Shown in pieces: positions 20,055 through 30,253 of a stretch of 64,000 nt of DNA. Origin of the DNA: Oscillospiraceae bacterium (GTDB taxonomy: Bacteria > Bacillota > Clostridia > Oscillospirales > Acutalibacteraceae); NCBI GenBank assembly GCA_015066395.1, contig SVOL01000006.1:10218-74217 (forward strand). Direction: 5' to 3'. The position numbers and the translations under genes were made by a program. How positions within the stretch are numbered: the stretch's first letter is position 1; each line of letters begins with the position of its first letter. The notes beneath the pieces are model-generated. The model was not told the DNA's origin. It worked only from the letters and a program-made list of their open reading frames with translations, and did not search any database.

Positions 20055-20423
20055 TCAACAATTTTTGCAGGATGTAAACAACTTTTCGACATTAAGCTCC
20101 CTTGTTTCGGCATTTTTGATAAATTGGAGCCTTTCAAAAAGCGAAACCGGAGCATTTTCGGAATAAAAAGCCGACTCTATTCCGTTCTCTACAGCTACGT
20201 GCAGAGCCGAACGCAACAAACCGTCCGCAAACATAATGTCATCCTGCGGGTCAATGTAATGCACGGTCTCCTTGGACTTGTCCAGATCAAAAAGACAGCA
20301 ACCCAATAACTCATCACCGTCGGATGCCACTATAGCTATGGAATCATCGCCGAAAGGCACCGAATACTTGGCGTAAATGACAACCAGCTTTTCTCGGTCA
20401 CGCAAAGGATGTATTTCAATCAT
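20055..20423 (-). CDS. hypothetical protein, possibly GNAT-like fold
   Basis: 122 aa ORF overlapping the rluB stop by 8 nt. No motif I can name with certainty. Confidence 0.45.
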   Translation of the reverse strand: MIEIHPLRDREKLVVIYAKYSVPFGDDSIAIVASDGDELLGCCLFDLDKSKETVHYIDPQDDIMFADGLLRSALHVAVENGIESAFYSENAPVSLFERLQFIKNAETRELNVEKLFTSCKNC

Positions 20424-21174
20424 TATTTTTAAACTCCTTGGAAACGCTGACGCTCATCAGCTTTTTAACTTCTTTTTCATTAAGTTCACGCCATCTGCCC
20501 TGCGGCAGCATACCGAGCTTTATACCCGCCATTTCAACACGCTTGAGTCTCATAACGGTAAGACCAACGGCCTCACAAAGCTTTCTGATCTCCCTGTTCT
20601 TACCCTCATAAAGCACAAACCTTAATACCGTTCTGTCCTCATGACGCTCTAAAACACTGATATCGCAAGGCTGAGTAGTAAACTCTTCCAGCTTCATCCC
20701 CTCACTCATTCTGAACAACTGCTCATCGGTAGGCTTACCCTTGACGGTAACGCGATAGACCTTGGAGACATGTCTCGACGGATGGGTCAGCATATTGGCA
20801 AACTCACCGTCGTTCGTCATAAACAAAAGACCTTCGGAGTTACGGTCAAGTCGACCGACGGGAAACAACCTTACACCTGCATCGGCAACAAGGTCGGCAA
20901 CACAGCGTCTTCCCTGCTCGTCACTCAAAGTGGTGACAAAGCCGCGGGGTTTATGAAGCATAACGTACATCAGATTTTTATTACTGTTAGTGACCGGTTT
21001 TCCGCATACAAGCACTTTGTCGTGCACAGGGTCAACCTTGTCACCCAACATAGCCTTTCGGCCGTTTACCTTTACCTTACCCTGCTCAATAAGCTCTTCA
21101 GCCTTGCGGCGTGAAGTCACCGAACATTGCGACAGAAACTTCTGTAATCTTATCTTTTCAACCGCCATATCCAT
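20416..21174 (-). CDS. rluB: pseudouridine synthase, RsuA/RluB family
   Basis: S4 domain (IRLQKFLSQCSVTSRRKAEELI) plus the catalytic GRLDRNSEGLL motif. Start set at ATG 21174 to avoid overlap with the upstream gene. Confidence 0.9.
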   Translation of the reverse strand: MDMAVEKIRLQKFLSQCSVTSRRKAEELIEQGKVKVNGRKAMLGDKVDPVHDKVLVCGKPVTNSNKNLMYVMLHKPRGFVTTLSDEQGRRCVADLVADAGVRLFPVGRLDRNSEGLLFMTNDGEFANMLTHPSRHVSKVYRVTVKGKPTDEQLFRMSEGMKLEEFTTQPCDISVLERHEDRTVLRFVLYEGKNREIRKLCEAVGLTVMRLKRVEMAGIKLGMLPQGRWRELNEKEVKKLMSVSVSKEFKNND

Positions 21175-21184
21175 CCTCCGGACT

Positions 21185-22330
21185 TTAAACCATATATGAT
21201 AATATTTTTTTAAAATTCTTTTTAAAGCTTCCCGACACTTTAGCGTCAGGTTTATCGGCATCCAAATCAGCCACCGAGAAAACCCTCGACGAGTGGATAA
21301 CTCTTCCGCCGTATATGTAATCGACTCTTCCTACCGTCTGACCGATCTTTACCGGTGCGTAAACAAACGGCTTAAGATAAAGATTTGCCGTTATTTTATC
21401 TTTCGATGCATCGGTACAGGTACAGTAAAACTCCTCTGAATCGATTCTTATCCTGCCGGCATAACTGCCCACGACCGGCATAGTGTCATCCAAAAAATTA
21501 TAGCTCAGATCAACAAGTTCGGTGTTGTCCAACCCAAAGGTGAGCAGCTTCTCGTGATCGCTCCAATCGCTCGGAGCGTTGAGCGTCACCGCAACAACAC
21601 GCCGTCCTTCCTTTTCGGCCGCCGAGACAAGACACCGACCGGATTTTTTAGTAAATCCCGTTTTCATACCGATACAGTACTCATAGGTCCTCAGCAACTT
21701 GTTGTGATTGTAGAGCCTGCGGTTATAGGGCGGATTACCGAACGACACATCGATAGACTCCGATGCAACTATTTTTCGAAGCATATCGTTTTTTAAGAAT
21801 TCGACCGCCAACAACGCCATATCATACGCCGTCGAATAATGATCTTCATTATCCAATCCCGACGGAGTGACAAAATTAGTGTTGACCATACCGATCTCAG
21901 CGGCTCTTTTGTTCATCAAAACGGCAAAGTTCTCGATACTCCCTGCCACACATATCGCGGCAGTATTGGCGGCATCGTTGCCCGACGGCAACATCATTCC
22001 GACCAACAAAGCATAATAGGACACCGTATCACCGACCTTCAGTCCCATTGACGAGCCCTCGACCGTCACCATCTCGGCTGTTGTCACAATTTCCTTAAAG
22101 GGTGTCCTCTGCTCTGCTAAGATCAAGGCCGTCATCAGCTTTGTAGTGCTTGCCATTGACATCCTTTTATGAGCATTCCCGGACGCAAGGATCTCCAAAG
22201 TGTCAGCATTGATCAAAGCGTATCCCGCGGCAGAAACACTAAAGTCAACAGCCTTTACGGGAACCGCGACCGACGCGATAGAGACTACTAAAAAAACAGC
22301 AATAAATTTTATTAAAACATTTATCTTCAT
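21185..22330 (-). CDS. D-alanyl-D-alanine carboxypeptidase (PBP5/DacB/DacF type)
   Basis: 381 aa. Signal peptide. SMASTTK (SxxK) and SGN motifs. Confidence 0.9.
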   Translation of the reverse strand: MKINVLIKFIAVFLVVSIASVAVPVKAVDFSVSAAGYALINADTLEILASGNAHKRMSMASTTKLMTALILAEQRTPFKEIVTTAEMVTVEGSSMGLKVGDTVSYYALLVGMMLPSGNDAANTAAICVAGSIENFAVLMNKRAAEIGMVNTNFVTPSGLDNEDHYSTAYDMALLAVEFLKNDMLRKIVASESIDVSFGNPPYNRRLYNHNKLLRTYEYCIGMKTGFTKKSGRCLVSAAEKEGRRVVAVTLNAPSDWSDHEKLLTFGLDNTELVDLSYNFLDDTMPVVGSYAGRIRIDSEEFYCTCTDASKDKITANLYLKPFVYAPVKIGQTVGRVDYIYGGRVIHSSRVFSVADLDADKPDAKVSGSFKKNFKKILSYMV

Positions 22331-22384
22331 CTTCCGCCAACCTTTCAGTTAAATATATGGCGGAAGTTAAAACTTCATTCAAAC

Positions 22385-22765
22385 TTATTCGATCGTTGTT
22401 TCCTTTTTAAAGAGTGACGACAGCTTTGAAGCCAATTCGGGAACTGCATTGACTGCGGCATCAATGGTCGAAGCAGTACTCGACATCTGCAACAGCTTGA
22501 CCTCATTACCCTTAATAACAATAAACACAACGGGAGTAACGGTAGCACCTGCGGCACCGCCACCGCCGAAAACCGTTTTTTCTGTTTTGGTCGGGAAATC
22601 GGAGCCACCCGAAACAAAACCGAACGAAACCTTTGAAACAGGGATAACGGTAATGTCATTAACAGTAATGGGATCACCGATAATGGTCTCGGAGTCGACC
22701 AGCGAACGGATCTTCTCCATCGTAACGCCCATAATTGAGGAAATATTATTCTCAACCATAATCAT
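22385..22765 (-). CDS. ytfJ: sporulation protein YtfJ (GerW family)
   Basis: ITVIPVSKVSFGFVSGGSDF...FGGGGAAGATVTPVVFIVI pattern. ATGA overlap with the upstream gene. The start may be the third codon (22759). Confidence 0.85.
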   Translation of the reverse strand: MIMVENNISSIMGVTMEKIRSLVDSETIIGDPITVNDITVIPVSKVSFGFVSGGSDFPTKTEKTVFGGGGAAGATVTPVVFIVIKGNEVKLLQMSSTASTIDAAVNAVPELASKLSSLFKKETTIE

Positions 22766-23400
22766 TCTCCTTTTTTCGTCAGACTGCTTTTAAATTCTTT
22801 TTTAAACCGTGATCTCAGAATACTCCACAGCACAGACAAAGCCGCTCTGAGTACGGTAATTACACGGATCTTTAACTTTAAATCAAGATACAGGGTCGGC
22901 TCTGCAGCATCATAGTCGGCATCAATATGCACATCTGCCGCCTTATCGGGAAACTGCAACACCGACTTCAAAAATGCCAGCACGGGGTACACGACAGCAC
23001 AAACGCCGCCGTATTCCAGAGCGGTCTTGGCCGCATCGTCGGAAGCGGTTATCACGCGGAGCTTCAACCGCTTTACCTTGATTTTCTTAAACACCTCGAT
23101 TGCTTTTAAAAGAATGGGCTTAAAAACGCTCCACAGTTCCAAAACCGTTTCACGAACACCCTTTTCCTTTATCATCTTGGTAATTATATTCTTGTCCTTT
23201 TGGGACTCTTTTAACAGCTCGTCCGTTTCTTCTTGCTTCTTTTTTATTTTGCGTTTTTTAGGCGGCAACTCAAATTTTACAAACCAGAACCTCAAAAACA
23301 TCGCAACACCGCTGTCGACCTTCACATAAAAGCTAATATGCGACAACAACAAAAGAACAATAAGTCCCAATATCGAGCCAAGTATTATGAGAGCCGTCAT
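22762..23400 (-). CDS. ytfI: DUF2953 family protein (YtfI-like)
   Basis: 212 aa. N-terminal TM segment followed by a Lys-rich stretch. Conserved pairing with ytfJ. Confidence 0.6.
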   Translation of the reverse strand: MTALIILGSILGLIVLLLLSHISFYVKVDSGVAMFLRFWFVKFELPPKKRKIKKKQEETDELLKESQKDKNIITKMIKEKGVRETVLELWSVFKPILLKAIEVFKKIKVKRLKLRVITASDDAAKTALEYGGVCAVVYPVLAFLKSVLQFPDKAADVHIDADYDAAEPTLYLDLKLKIRVITVLRAALSVLWSILRSRFKKEFKSSLTKKGE

Positions 23401-23403
23401 ATA

Positions 23404-24030
23404 CTAAGCCTCAGCGGTATCTTGAAGGCTCTCGACCTCGTCACTCATCTGCTGAGCCAACTCTAAAACATCATCGGTGAGCATCTTCAACTGACCGTTC
23501 TGATCCTCTAAAGTACTGTCGACCGGTATCTCGGGAAGATTATCCAAACTGGACAGACCGAAACAACGAAGGAATGTCTCGGTCGTGCCGTAAAGCAAGG
23601 GACGTCCAGGCAATTCAAGTCTTCCCTTTTCTTCCAAAAGTCCCTTTTCAACAAGGGTCGACACAACGCCCGAACAGTCAACTCCTCTTACCTGCTCGAC
23701 ATAAGCTTTAGTGACCGGCTGATTGTATGCTATAACCGCCAAGACCTCCAAAGCCGCCTGAGACAGCGGTGTACGACGTCTTAAATCAAGGGCAGTACGG
23801 ATATAATCGCCGTACTCCTTTTTGGTGCAAAGCTGATAGCTGAAATCAAGGCGGATGACCTTGACGGCGCTGTTCATATTCTCATAGCGATCGCGGAGCA
23901 TCTCCATAACGCTGACGACCGTCTCATCGTCAACCTCAAAAATCTGGCAGAATCGGTCGATCTCAACCGGCTCGCCGCTTGCAAAAAGTACCGCTTCAAA
24001 CGCGGGAATCATTTCATTAACTGTCATCAT
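23404..24030 (-). CDS. scpB: segregation and condensation protein B
   Basis: 208 aa. EAVLFASGEPV N-terminus. Follows scpA with a 4-nt overlap. Confidence 0.9.
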   Translation of the reverse strand: MMTVNEMIPAFEAVLFASGEPVEIDRFCQIFEVDDETVVSVMEMLRDRYENMNSAVKVIRLDFSYQLCTKKEYGDYIRTALDLRRRTPLSQAALEVLAVIAYNQPVTKAYVEQVRGVDCSGVVSTLVEKGLLEEKGRLELPGRPLLYGTTETFLRCFGLSSLDNLPEIPVDSTLEDQNGQLKMLTDDVLELAQQMSDEVESLQDTAEA

Positions 24031-24734
24031 TTACTCTCCTTAACGCTGACTGTTATTTCTTCGCCGTCACCGTCTAACCATACCCGATTAGCCTTACACA
24101 GCTCAAGCACTGCCAAAAAGGTGGCAACCAATTCCGAACGGCTCTTAGCGCCCTCAAAAAGGCTTCGCATCCTCTTATTGCCGTGACGTCGCAGATTTTT
24201 AAGCACCGAAACTATCTTTGACGAGACCGAAACGATCTTGCGTGCCACTATCTTACTGAAGACCGTAGTCGGCGGCGGTAAACGTCGCTGTCCACGACCT
24301 ACAGCCGCAAAATACGACTTTAGGATAAGCTCCGGCTCGTGAACATTGCGGTAGGTCTTGTCATACTCGATTTTTTCAGGAGCCTTTATAAAGGTATCGA
24401 AATCATCGGTCATAGTGCTGAGCACTTTCGCCACCTTGCGGCAATGCTCATATTCCATAAGTTCGGCAGTCAGTTCTTCCTTTATCTGCTCAGCCTCCTC
24501 GTGCTTAGGCAAAAGACTGACCGTTTTTAAATAGATCAGTCGCGACGCCATTTCCAGAAACTCAGATGCAATATCCATATCCTCTGACTGCATCAAGCGG
24601 ATATGCTCAACATACTGGTCAACAAGCACCGACAGCTGAATATCGTTAATATTAAGTTTATTCTTAGAAATCAAATACAGCAGAAGGTCTAACGGGCCTT
24701 CAAACACGTCAAGTTTATACTCTAACTTTTCCAT
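24027..24734 (-). CDS. scpA: segregation and condensation protein A
   Basis: 235 aa. FEGPLDLLLYLISKNKLNINDI motif. Confidence 0.9.
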   Translation of the reverse strand: MEKLEYKLDVFEGPLDLLLYLISKNKLNINDIQLSVLVDQYVEHIRLMQSEDMDIASEFLEMASRLIYLKTVSLLPKHEEAEQIKEELTAELMEYEHCRKVAKVLSTMTDDFDTFIKAPEKIEYDKTYRNVHEPELILKSYFAAVGRGQRRLPPPTTVFSKIVARKIVSVSSKIVSVLKNLRRHGNKRMRSLFEGAKSRSELVATFLAVLELCKANRVWLDGDGEEITVSVKESK

Positions 24735-24746
24735 AAATATCCTTAA

Positions 24747-25472
24747 TCAATTTATTATTGCCCTGAGTATTGCCTCAAACGGCCACCAGGTAACAGTATC
24801 GAATGCATTGAAAACTCCACTGACCATTACAGACAGTATGGTAGAAAATCTTGTGCTGAAAAAGATCAAACCTAAAAGAATAAAGGAAAAATATCTTTCA
24901 TACCGCATCAGCGAGTAGTACGCTCTGTCCGACAAAAAAGCGGCAAGTATCTTTGAACCATCAAGCGGCGGAATGGGGACGAGGTTGAATATCGCAAGGC
25001 TGATATTTATAAGCGCAACCCGATAAAAAACAACAGCCAAAAACGTCAAAATATAACCGGGCAACCCATTTACAAAGTAACTTATAAAGCCAAAAAGATT
25101 TGCAACAAACACCGACACAAACGCCATTATAAGGTTAGCCAAAGGACCGGCAAAAGCAGTGAGGGCCATATCTTTTTTCGGATTTTTAAAATATCTTGTA
25201 TCAACAGGAACGGGTTTTGCCCAGCCGATTCCAAACAAAAGAATTCCCAAGGCTCCGACCGGGTCAATATGAGCCATCGGATTGAGTCTCAATCTACCGT
25301 AATACCGGGCTGTTGGATCACCCAATTTACCGGCCGCAAAACCGTGTGCCCATTCGTGGATAGGCATAGTCAAGAAAACAACGATAGCGGCTGAAAGCAA
25401 CAAATATAAAATTTCATAAAGCAAGCCCATACCGCTTGCGTCGCTTGTTAAAACACCAATAAGACCGCCCAA
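24747..25472 (-). CDS. site-2 protease family (peptidase M50) membrane protein
   Basis: HEWAHG HExxH motif inside a TM segment. TTG start preceded by GGAGG at 8 nt. Confidence 0.8.
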   Translation of the reverse strand: MGGLIGVLTSDASGMGLLYEILYLLLSAAIVVFLTMPIHEWAHGFAAGKLGDPTARYYGRLRLNPMAHIDPVGALGILLFGIGWAKPVPVDTRYFKNPKKDMALTAFAGPLANLIMAFVSVFVANLFGFISYFVNGLPGYILTFLAVVFYRVALINISLAIFNLVPIPPLDGSKILAAFLSDRAYYSLMRYERYFSFILLGLIFFSTRFSTILSVMVSGVFNAFDTVTWWPFEAILRAIIN

Positions 25473-25494
25473 TTAAAGTACCTCCAAATTAGAA

Positions 25495-26973
25495 TCAAAT
25501 GAATACAAGTAACGAAAAAACGCAAAAACCAACGGTTGTCACGGTTGATATCGACGATAATGCCCCGCCAATACCCGACCGTTGATCGTTTTCGGTCAAT
25601 CTGCCGAGCAACACACCCGAGCAAATAACCGTCAACGGAATATATCGGAAATCCATCGTGCATCCAAACGGATAGGAAATATTAAAATACACAAAGAACG
25701 CCAACTGAACAAGAAGAACTAAAAGAATTATCCAATCGTCCGTTTTAAACAGCTCTCTTCCCTTTTTAAGCACTGAAACAACACCGGCGACCGTCAGCAA
25801 AACAATACTTAAATTAAAAATTACCAAAAAGACCGCAAATGCGGTTTCACCTATCTGATACTCTCCGAACAACGAGTTTCTGAGCACATAGGTAAAAAGA
25901 TTATGTTCTTCCCACACGTCGACATAAACATCGACAGGTTCGGTCGAAAACGGAAGTAATATTCGCTTAATTATCGACACGTCTCCGACAAACAAATCAC
26001 TTGTTTCGGGGATCGGTGCGACGTAGCCCAACGGCTGTTGAAACTTTATGACATTGCGGATCTGATACCACAACCCTGCCGGCATCGAGACTGCAAGAAA
26101 CAACGCCGTCTGCAACAAAAATCTGCCGAATTTATAGGTTTTGTCGGTGAGCAGTTTCACAATTACCACCACCGCTGTTACCGGAACCAGCAAAACGACC
26201 GAGAATTTAGTCATCATACCGAGTCCGATGAACAGACCGATAAGTACAGCGTTCAAAACGGTAGGTCTATGCCACCACTTAACTAAAAACAGCACCGCCG
26301 TCAACGACAAAAGCGTCATCAGACAATCGTTATTTATACTGCCGGCGAAGATGAAGAAGGTCGGGTGTAAAGAGCAAAACGCTGATGCTAAACAGAAAGG
26401 CTTGCCCTTTAACCGAAGTTCCTTAAATAACACGACGGACACTACCGAAATAAGGGTCGAAAACAGCAATGTCAACAGTTGAATATTCTCAAATCCCCTA
26501 TCGGGAGAGAAGCCTAAAGCGTTTGAAAGTTTTACTATTCCTGCGGCTAAAACGTGATAAAGCGGCGGATGCGAATACTGCCATTCATTACTTTCGGGCA
26601 GACCGTTTCCGGTAGCCAAATTATAAATATAACTTAAATGCCCGCTGGATCGCAACGACTCCACATCGTGCTGATGCTCATAAAATCCAAACTCGGTAAT
26701 ATAAGCCAATCGGACAAAAAAGCCGACAACGATCAGCAGGATAACAGCCAACTTTGCATCAAGTTTGCCAAAACGGTGACCTACATACCCACCCAAAGCG
26801 GCAAAAACGCAACCTGAAATGCCGAAAAGATCGGCAAAATTCACCCGTTGTTCGGCAGTCAGCACCGACTGATCGAAACAAAAAAATAACAAACAAACAA
26901 AGATAAAGAGAACCGGAACCAGAACGGCAAACAGCAAAAAGGATAGATCTTTCTTTTCTTCCGCTATCTTCAC
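25495..26973 (-). CDS. polytopic GT-C-type glycosyltransferase (family 39/83-like)
   Basis: 492 aa with more than 10 predicted TM segments. Overall ArnT/PMT-like layout. Assignment by resemblance only. Confidence 0.5.
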   Translation of the reverse strand: MKIAEEKKDLSFLLFAVLVPVLFIFVCLLFFCFDQSVLTAEQRVNFADLFGISGCVFAALGGYVGHRFGKLDAKLAVILLIVVGFFVRLAYITEFGFYEHQHDVESLRSSGHLSYIYNLATGNGLPESNEWQYSHPPLYHVLAAGIVKLSNALGFSPDRGFENIQLLTLLFSTLISVVSVVLFKELRLKGKPFCLASAFCSLHPTFFIFAGSINNDCLMTLLSLTAVLFLVKWWHRPTVLNAVLIGLFIGLGMMTKFSVVLLVPVTAVVVIVKLLTDKTYKFGRFLLQTALFLAVSMPAGLWYQIRNVIKFQQPLGYVAPIPETSDLFVGDVSIIKRILLPFSTEPVDVYVDVWEEHNLFTYVLRNSLFGEYQIGETAFAVFLVIFNLSIVLLTVAGVVSVLKKGRELFKTDDWIILLVLLVQLAFFVYFNISYPFGCTMDFRYIPLTVICSGVLLGRLTENDQRSGIGGALSSISTVTTVGFCVFSLLVFI

Positions 26974-26993
26974 GCCGTTCCCTCACTTTCAAA

Positions 26994-28181
26994 TCACAGT
27001 TTTCTTGCCTCTATGTAATATCTCTTATCCTCGGCGTGACCCATCGAGAAAGTCTTTCTGGGCAACGAACCGTCCAACTTCACGGCATCGAAAAGTTCAT
27101 CTTTTTGCATACCGTCGAAGATAAAGCCAACCGAATCACCGTTTGCTACGATCTTTTTGACCGAATCAACACCGTGGATATAGTCGATCTTAAGATCATT
27201 TTCCTTTACGTATTTATCAAGCCAGGTCTGCAATGTGCCGACAGGCAGTTTAGAAGTTGCATTAACGGTCAACGTAACGGAACTGTCACCCGACAGGATC
27301 TCAAATTTATGACCGCATTCTGCCTCACCCAACGCCGCCTTCATATCGGCAACCATCTTTTCCAAAGCAACGCCGAATACAACTCGATAGATAGGCTCAA
27401 ACTGAATGGCGTCATCGTGGATATTTACAACCTCAACAAGTGCCGACTTTGAACGCTCAGTACCGTTCAGCAAACTGCACTCCTTAGCGGTAGCCAACGA
27501 ATGGTTACCGTCGCCGACGGCAAACATCATTTTATCCTCAGAAGCCTCAAGCAACTTCGATAAAGCAGCCTCAATCTGACTCTGTAAATCCTTCGGAATC
27601 AACCAGCCCTTGATATGACCGCCGCCAAGCATAAGTTTGAAATCATAGACCTTTTCCATTTCGTGGGACTTTGATCTTAACGGCTCAATAACGGTTTTCA
27701 TCGGATCGTCAACAAGCAAAAGCACGTGCGGCATCTCCAAACAGGCATCACGGCGGATCTGCACTCTCGGCGGAATACGTGAAGCGACCGTTTCCTCAGT
27801 AGCACGGATAAGTGCTTTACTACCCTTGTGATAATCATAATCGCAAAGATTGATGGCACCTACGATACCGTGGCGGATAAGACCATCAGACTGAGTACGC
27901 TCAACATAGATCATAGCATCCTTGTATTCTTTGAAAACGCCGTTTTCTATGTAGGACTGCATAGTTTTGTTTATGCTGTCGATACGCTCCTCGCGGTTGT
28001 CTTCAAGATACAACTCGGGTAGGATAATATTAAGAGCCGACGGAGCATTGCCGACCGCATCCGCAACCTGATTCCAATAATCAGGTTCAGATGTAAACTG
28101 ATCGCAGGCCACAACAGCCCACTTGCCAAAATCACCGGCAGGCAACAGTATGTCAGCCGAATTAAAAACTTTATCAGACAT
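26994..28181 (-). CDS. DUF1015 family protein
   Basis: 395 aa. N-terminal ADILLP...WAVVACDQFTSEPDYW is characteristic of DUF1015. Confidence 0.8.
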   Translation of the reverse strand: MSDKVFNSADILLPAGDFGKWAVVACDQFTSEPDYWNQVADAVGNAPSALNIILPELYLEDNREERIDSINKTMQSYIENGVFKEYKDAMIYVERTQSDGLIRHGIVGAINLCDYDYHKGSKALIRATEETVASRIPPRVQIRRDACLEMPHVLLLVDDPMKTVIEPLRSKSHEMEKVYDFKLMLGGGHIKGWLIPKDLQSQIEAALSKLLEASEDKMMFAVGDGNHSLATAKECSLLNGTERSKSALVEVVNIHDDAIQFEPIYRVVFGVALEKMVADMKAALGEAECGHKFEILSGDSSVTLTVNATSKLPVGTLQTWLDKYVKENDLKIDYIHGVDSVKKIVANGDSVGFIFDGMQKDELFDAVKLDGSLPRKTFSMGHAEDKRYYIEARKL

Positions 28182-28308
28182 AGACTTTCCTCGCTTTAAA
28201 ATTATAGAGAGACATTCTCTCCCTTATACAGAATTTATTATACATTTTTGAATAGGAAAAGTCAATCAAATCATCTATAATATTTAATAAAATAAGAGGT
28301 TTTAAATG

Positions 28309-28325
28309 TTAAGAAAATCTTAAGA
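28309..28325 (+). promoter_or_regulatory. direct repeat TTAAGA-N5-TTAAGA, candidate response-regulator box
   Basis: TTAAGA at 28309 and 28320, an 11-bp period. The 12-mer AAAATCTTAAGA recurs at 30163-30174. Confidence 0.4.
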
Positions 28326-28405
28326 GTTTCTGTCACAATATTTTAATGCAAATTTATCATATATCTGCTACAATAGAGAGCAGACAAATGAGAGGATGGG
28401 ATATT

Positions 28406-29089
28406 TTGCGAATACTTATACTCGACGACGAAAAGGAAATTGCCGATCTTGTGGCACTTTTAATGCAAAACGAAGGCTACGCAACATCAGTCTTTTATAA
28501 CTCGCGCGATGCATTGAACGCTATAAAAATCGAAAACTTTGACTTATGTGTGCTCGATGTTATGCTGCCTGAAATCGACGGATTGGGCGTTTTAAAGGAA
28601 ATACGCGACAGCGGTCACACCTACCCCGTTATAATGCTTACCGCCAAATGCGAAGCAATGGACAAGGTCAAGGGACTCGCCAACGGTGCCGACGACTATG
28701 TAACGAAGCCTTTTGATCCGATGGAGTTGATCTCTCGCGTTAAAGCACAGCTTCGGCGTGCAAAATACTACAGTGGAACACCGCAACCCACTGTTTACGA
28801 TCGCGGCGGCCTTTATATCGACTGCGAACGCCACACCTGCTCAGTATTTGACGAACCGATCGAACTGACACCAACCGAGTTCAGAATTTTATGGTTACTC
28901 TGCCAGAATGCCGGCAAAGTAATTTCGACAGAGGATATATTCAGCCAGATCTGGGGAGAAAAGTATCTTGACGGAAACAACACGGTAATGGTGCACATCC
29001 GCCGAATACGCGAAAAACTCGGTGACCGACCGAGAGAACCTAAATTCATAAAAACCGTTTGGGGAGTTGGATATAAAATTGAAAACTAA
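28406..29089 (+). CDS. OmpR/PhoB-family response regulator (VanR-like)
   Basis: A TTG start gives the canonical MRILILDDEKE N-terminus. C-terminal winged helix ends ...IKTVWGVGYKIE. Confidence 0.9.
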   Translation: MRILILDDEKEIADLVALLMQNEGYATSVFYNSRDALNAIKIENFDLCVLDVMLPEIDGLGVLKEIRDSGHTYPVIMLTAKCEAMDKVKGLANGADDYVTKPFDPMELISRVKAQLRRAKYYSGTPQPTVYDRGGLYIDCERHTCSVFDEPIELTPTEFRILWLLCQNAGKVISTEDIFSQIWGEKYLDGNNTVMVHIRRIREKLGDRPREPKFIKTVWGVGYKIEN

Positions 29090-30164
29090 AGGACACAAAA
29101 CCGTCAGCTCGATACTGTTTCAATGGCTTATTGCCGAAGCGATCGCAACCTTTTTATATTTCGGACTTGTGATACTTGCCATAATATTTGTTGATATCAC
29201 CCGCGAGATAATTATGTATTTCATTCCGAACTTTTTCTACAATGTGGACGAATTGGCCTTAATTATTTTCGTCTACATACTGCTCGCAATCGGAGTGACG
29301 ATAGCGTTTATGGTAAAAGCCGCTTTGTGCATTGACCGATGCAACGAAGCTCTGTCTGATATTGAAGGAGTGGCCGCAGGACGTCGTAAACTGCCGAAAT
29401 TAATGAACGAAACCGAAAAACTTATAAGCGATCTGCACCTGCACATTGTATCAAAAGAGCGAGCGGCAACTGAAGCCGAGCAACGCAAAAACGACCTCAT
29501 TTTATATATTGCACACGACCTTAAAACACCGCTCACATCCATAATAGGTTATCTTTCGATCTTACAGGAATCACCGGAACTGCCGCTGGAATACCGCGCA
29601 AAATACACAGGAATAACACTCGACAAAGCCTACCGACTCGAACAGCTGATAAACGAGTTTTTTGATATCACACGTTTTAATCTTCACAACATTGAACTCG
29701 AAAACAACCGTATAAACCTCTCGCTCATGCTCAACCAGCTATCTGATGAGTTTTATCCGATGCTCAGTGCTAAAACGCTGACCCTTCGCACCGAAATTCC
29801 CGACGGTATCAATATAATCGGCGACTCGGACAAACTGGTTCGTGTTTTCGACAATCTTTTAAAGAATGCCGTGAATTACAGTTATCCCGGCACCGAAATA
29901 ATGCTTTCGTGCGAATATGTCAATAAATTCGTGCAAATAAAAGTCAGAAATTCTGGCGATGAGATCTCAAAAGAAAAGCTGCCGCGTATTTTTGAAAAAT
30001 TCTTCCGCACCGATGAATCGCGCTCAACTGCAGATGGCGGTGCAGGATTGGGATTGGCGATCGCAAAAGAAATCGTCGAGCTTCACGGCGGAAAGATCTC
30101 TGCGATGTCCTCGCAGGAGTTCACCGAATTCACAGTAATACTACCATTGACAAAATATTCATAA
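29067..30164 (+). CDS. sensor histidine kinase (VanS-like)
   Basis: Two N-terminal TM segments. H-box HDLKTPLTSIIGYL. N, G1 and G2 boxes (NLLKNAVNYS, GLGLAIAKEIV). Overlaps the regulator gene. Confidence 0.9.
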   Translation: MDIKLKTKGHKTVSSILFQWLIAEAIATFLYFGLVILAIIFVDITREIIMYFIPNFFYNVDELALIIFVYILLAIGVTIAFMVKAALCIDRCNEALSDIEGVAAGRRKLPKLMNETEKLISDLHLHIVSKERAATEAEQRKNDLILYIAHDLKTPLTSIIGYLSILQESPELPLEYRAKYTGITLDKAYRLEQLINEFFDITRFNLHNIELENNRINLSLMLNQLSDEFYPMLSAKTLTLRTEIPDGINIIGDSDKLVRVFDNLLKNAVNYSYPGTEIMLSCEYVNKFVQIKVRNSGDEISKEKLPRIFEKFFRTDESRSTADGGAGLGLAIAKEIVELHGGKISAMSSQEFTEFTVILPLTKYS

Positions 30165-30174
30165 AATCTTAAGA
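30163..30174 (+). promoter_or_regulatory. second copy of the AAAATCTTAAGA box upstream of the C39-like gene
   Basis: 12/12 identity with 28314-28325. TTAAGAAAA is also present at 30227-30235. Confidence 0.35.
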
Positions 30175-30200
30175 AAGCCTATAGCCTATTTTAAAACAAC

Positions 30201-30252
30201 AAATATCCCCTTCGGGTATTCTTATTTTAAGAAAACCTGAAAGGGGATATTT
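30201..30252 (+). promoter_or_regulatory. 12-bp perfect hairpin sequestering the Shine-Dalgarno of the C39-like gene
   Basis: AAATATCCCCTT (30201-30212) pairs with AAGGGGATATTT (30241-30252). The 3' arm contains the SD GGGGA. ATG at 30254. Confidence 0.5.
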
Positions 30253-30253
30253 T

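Noticed and set aside
22375-22755. 126-aa alternative-frame ORF overlapping ytfJ
   Set aside because: The other frame on the same strand gives the conserved YtfJ/GerW sequence. This frame is Arg/Leu/Pro-rich, typical of an off-frame read.
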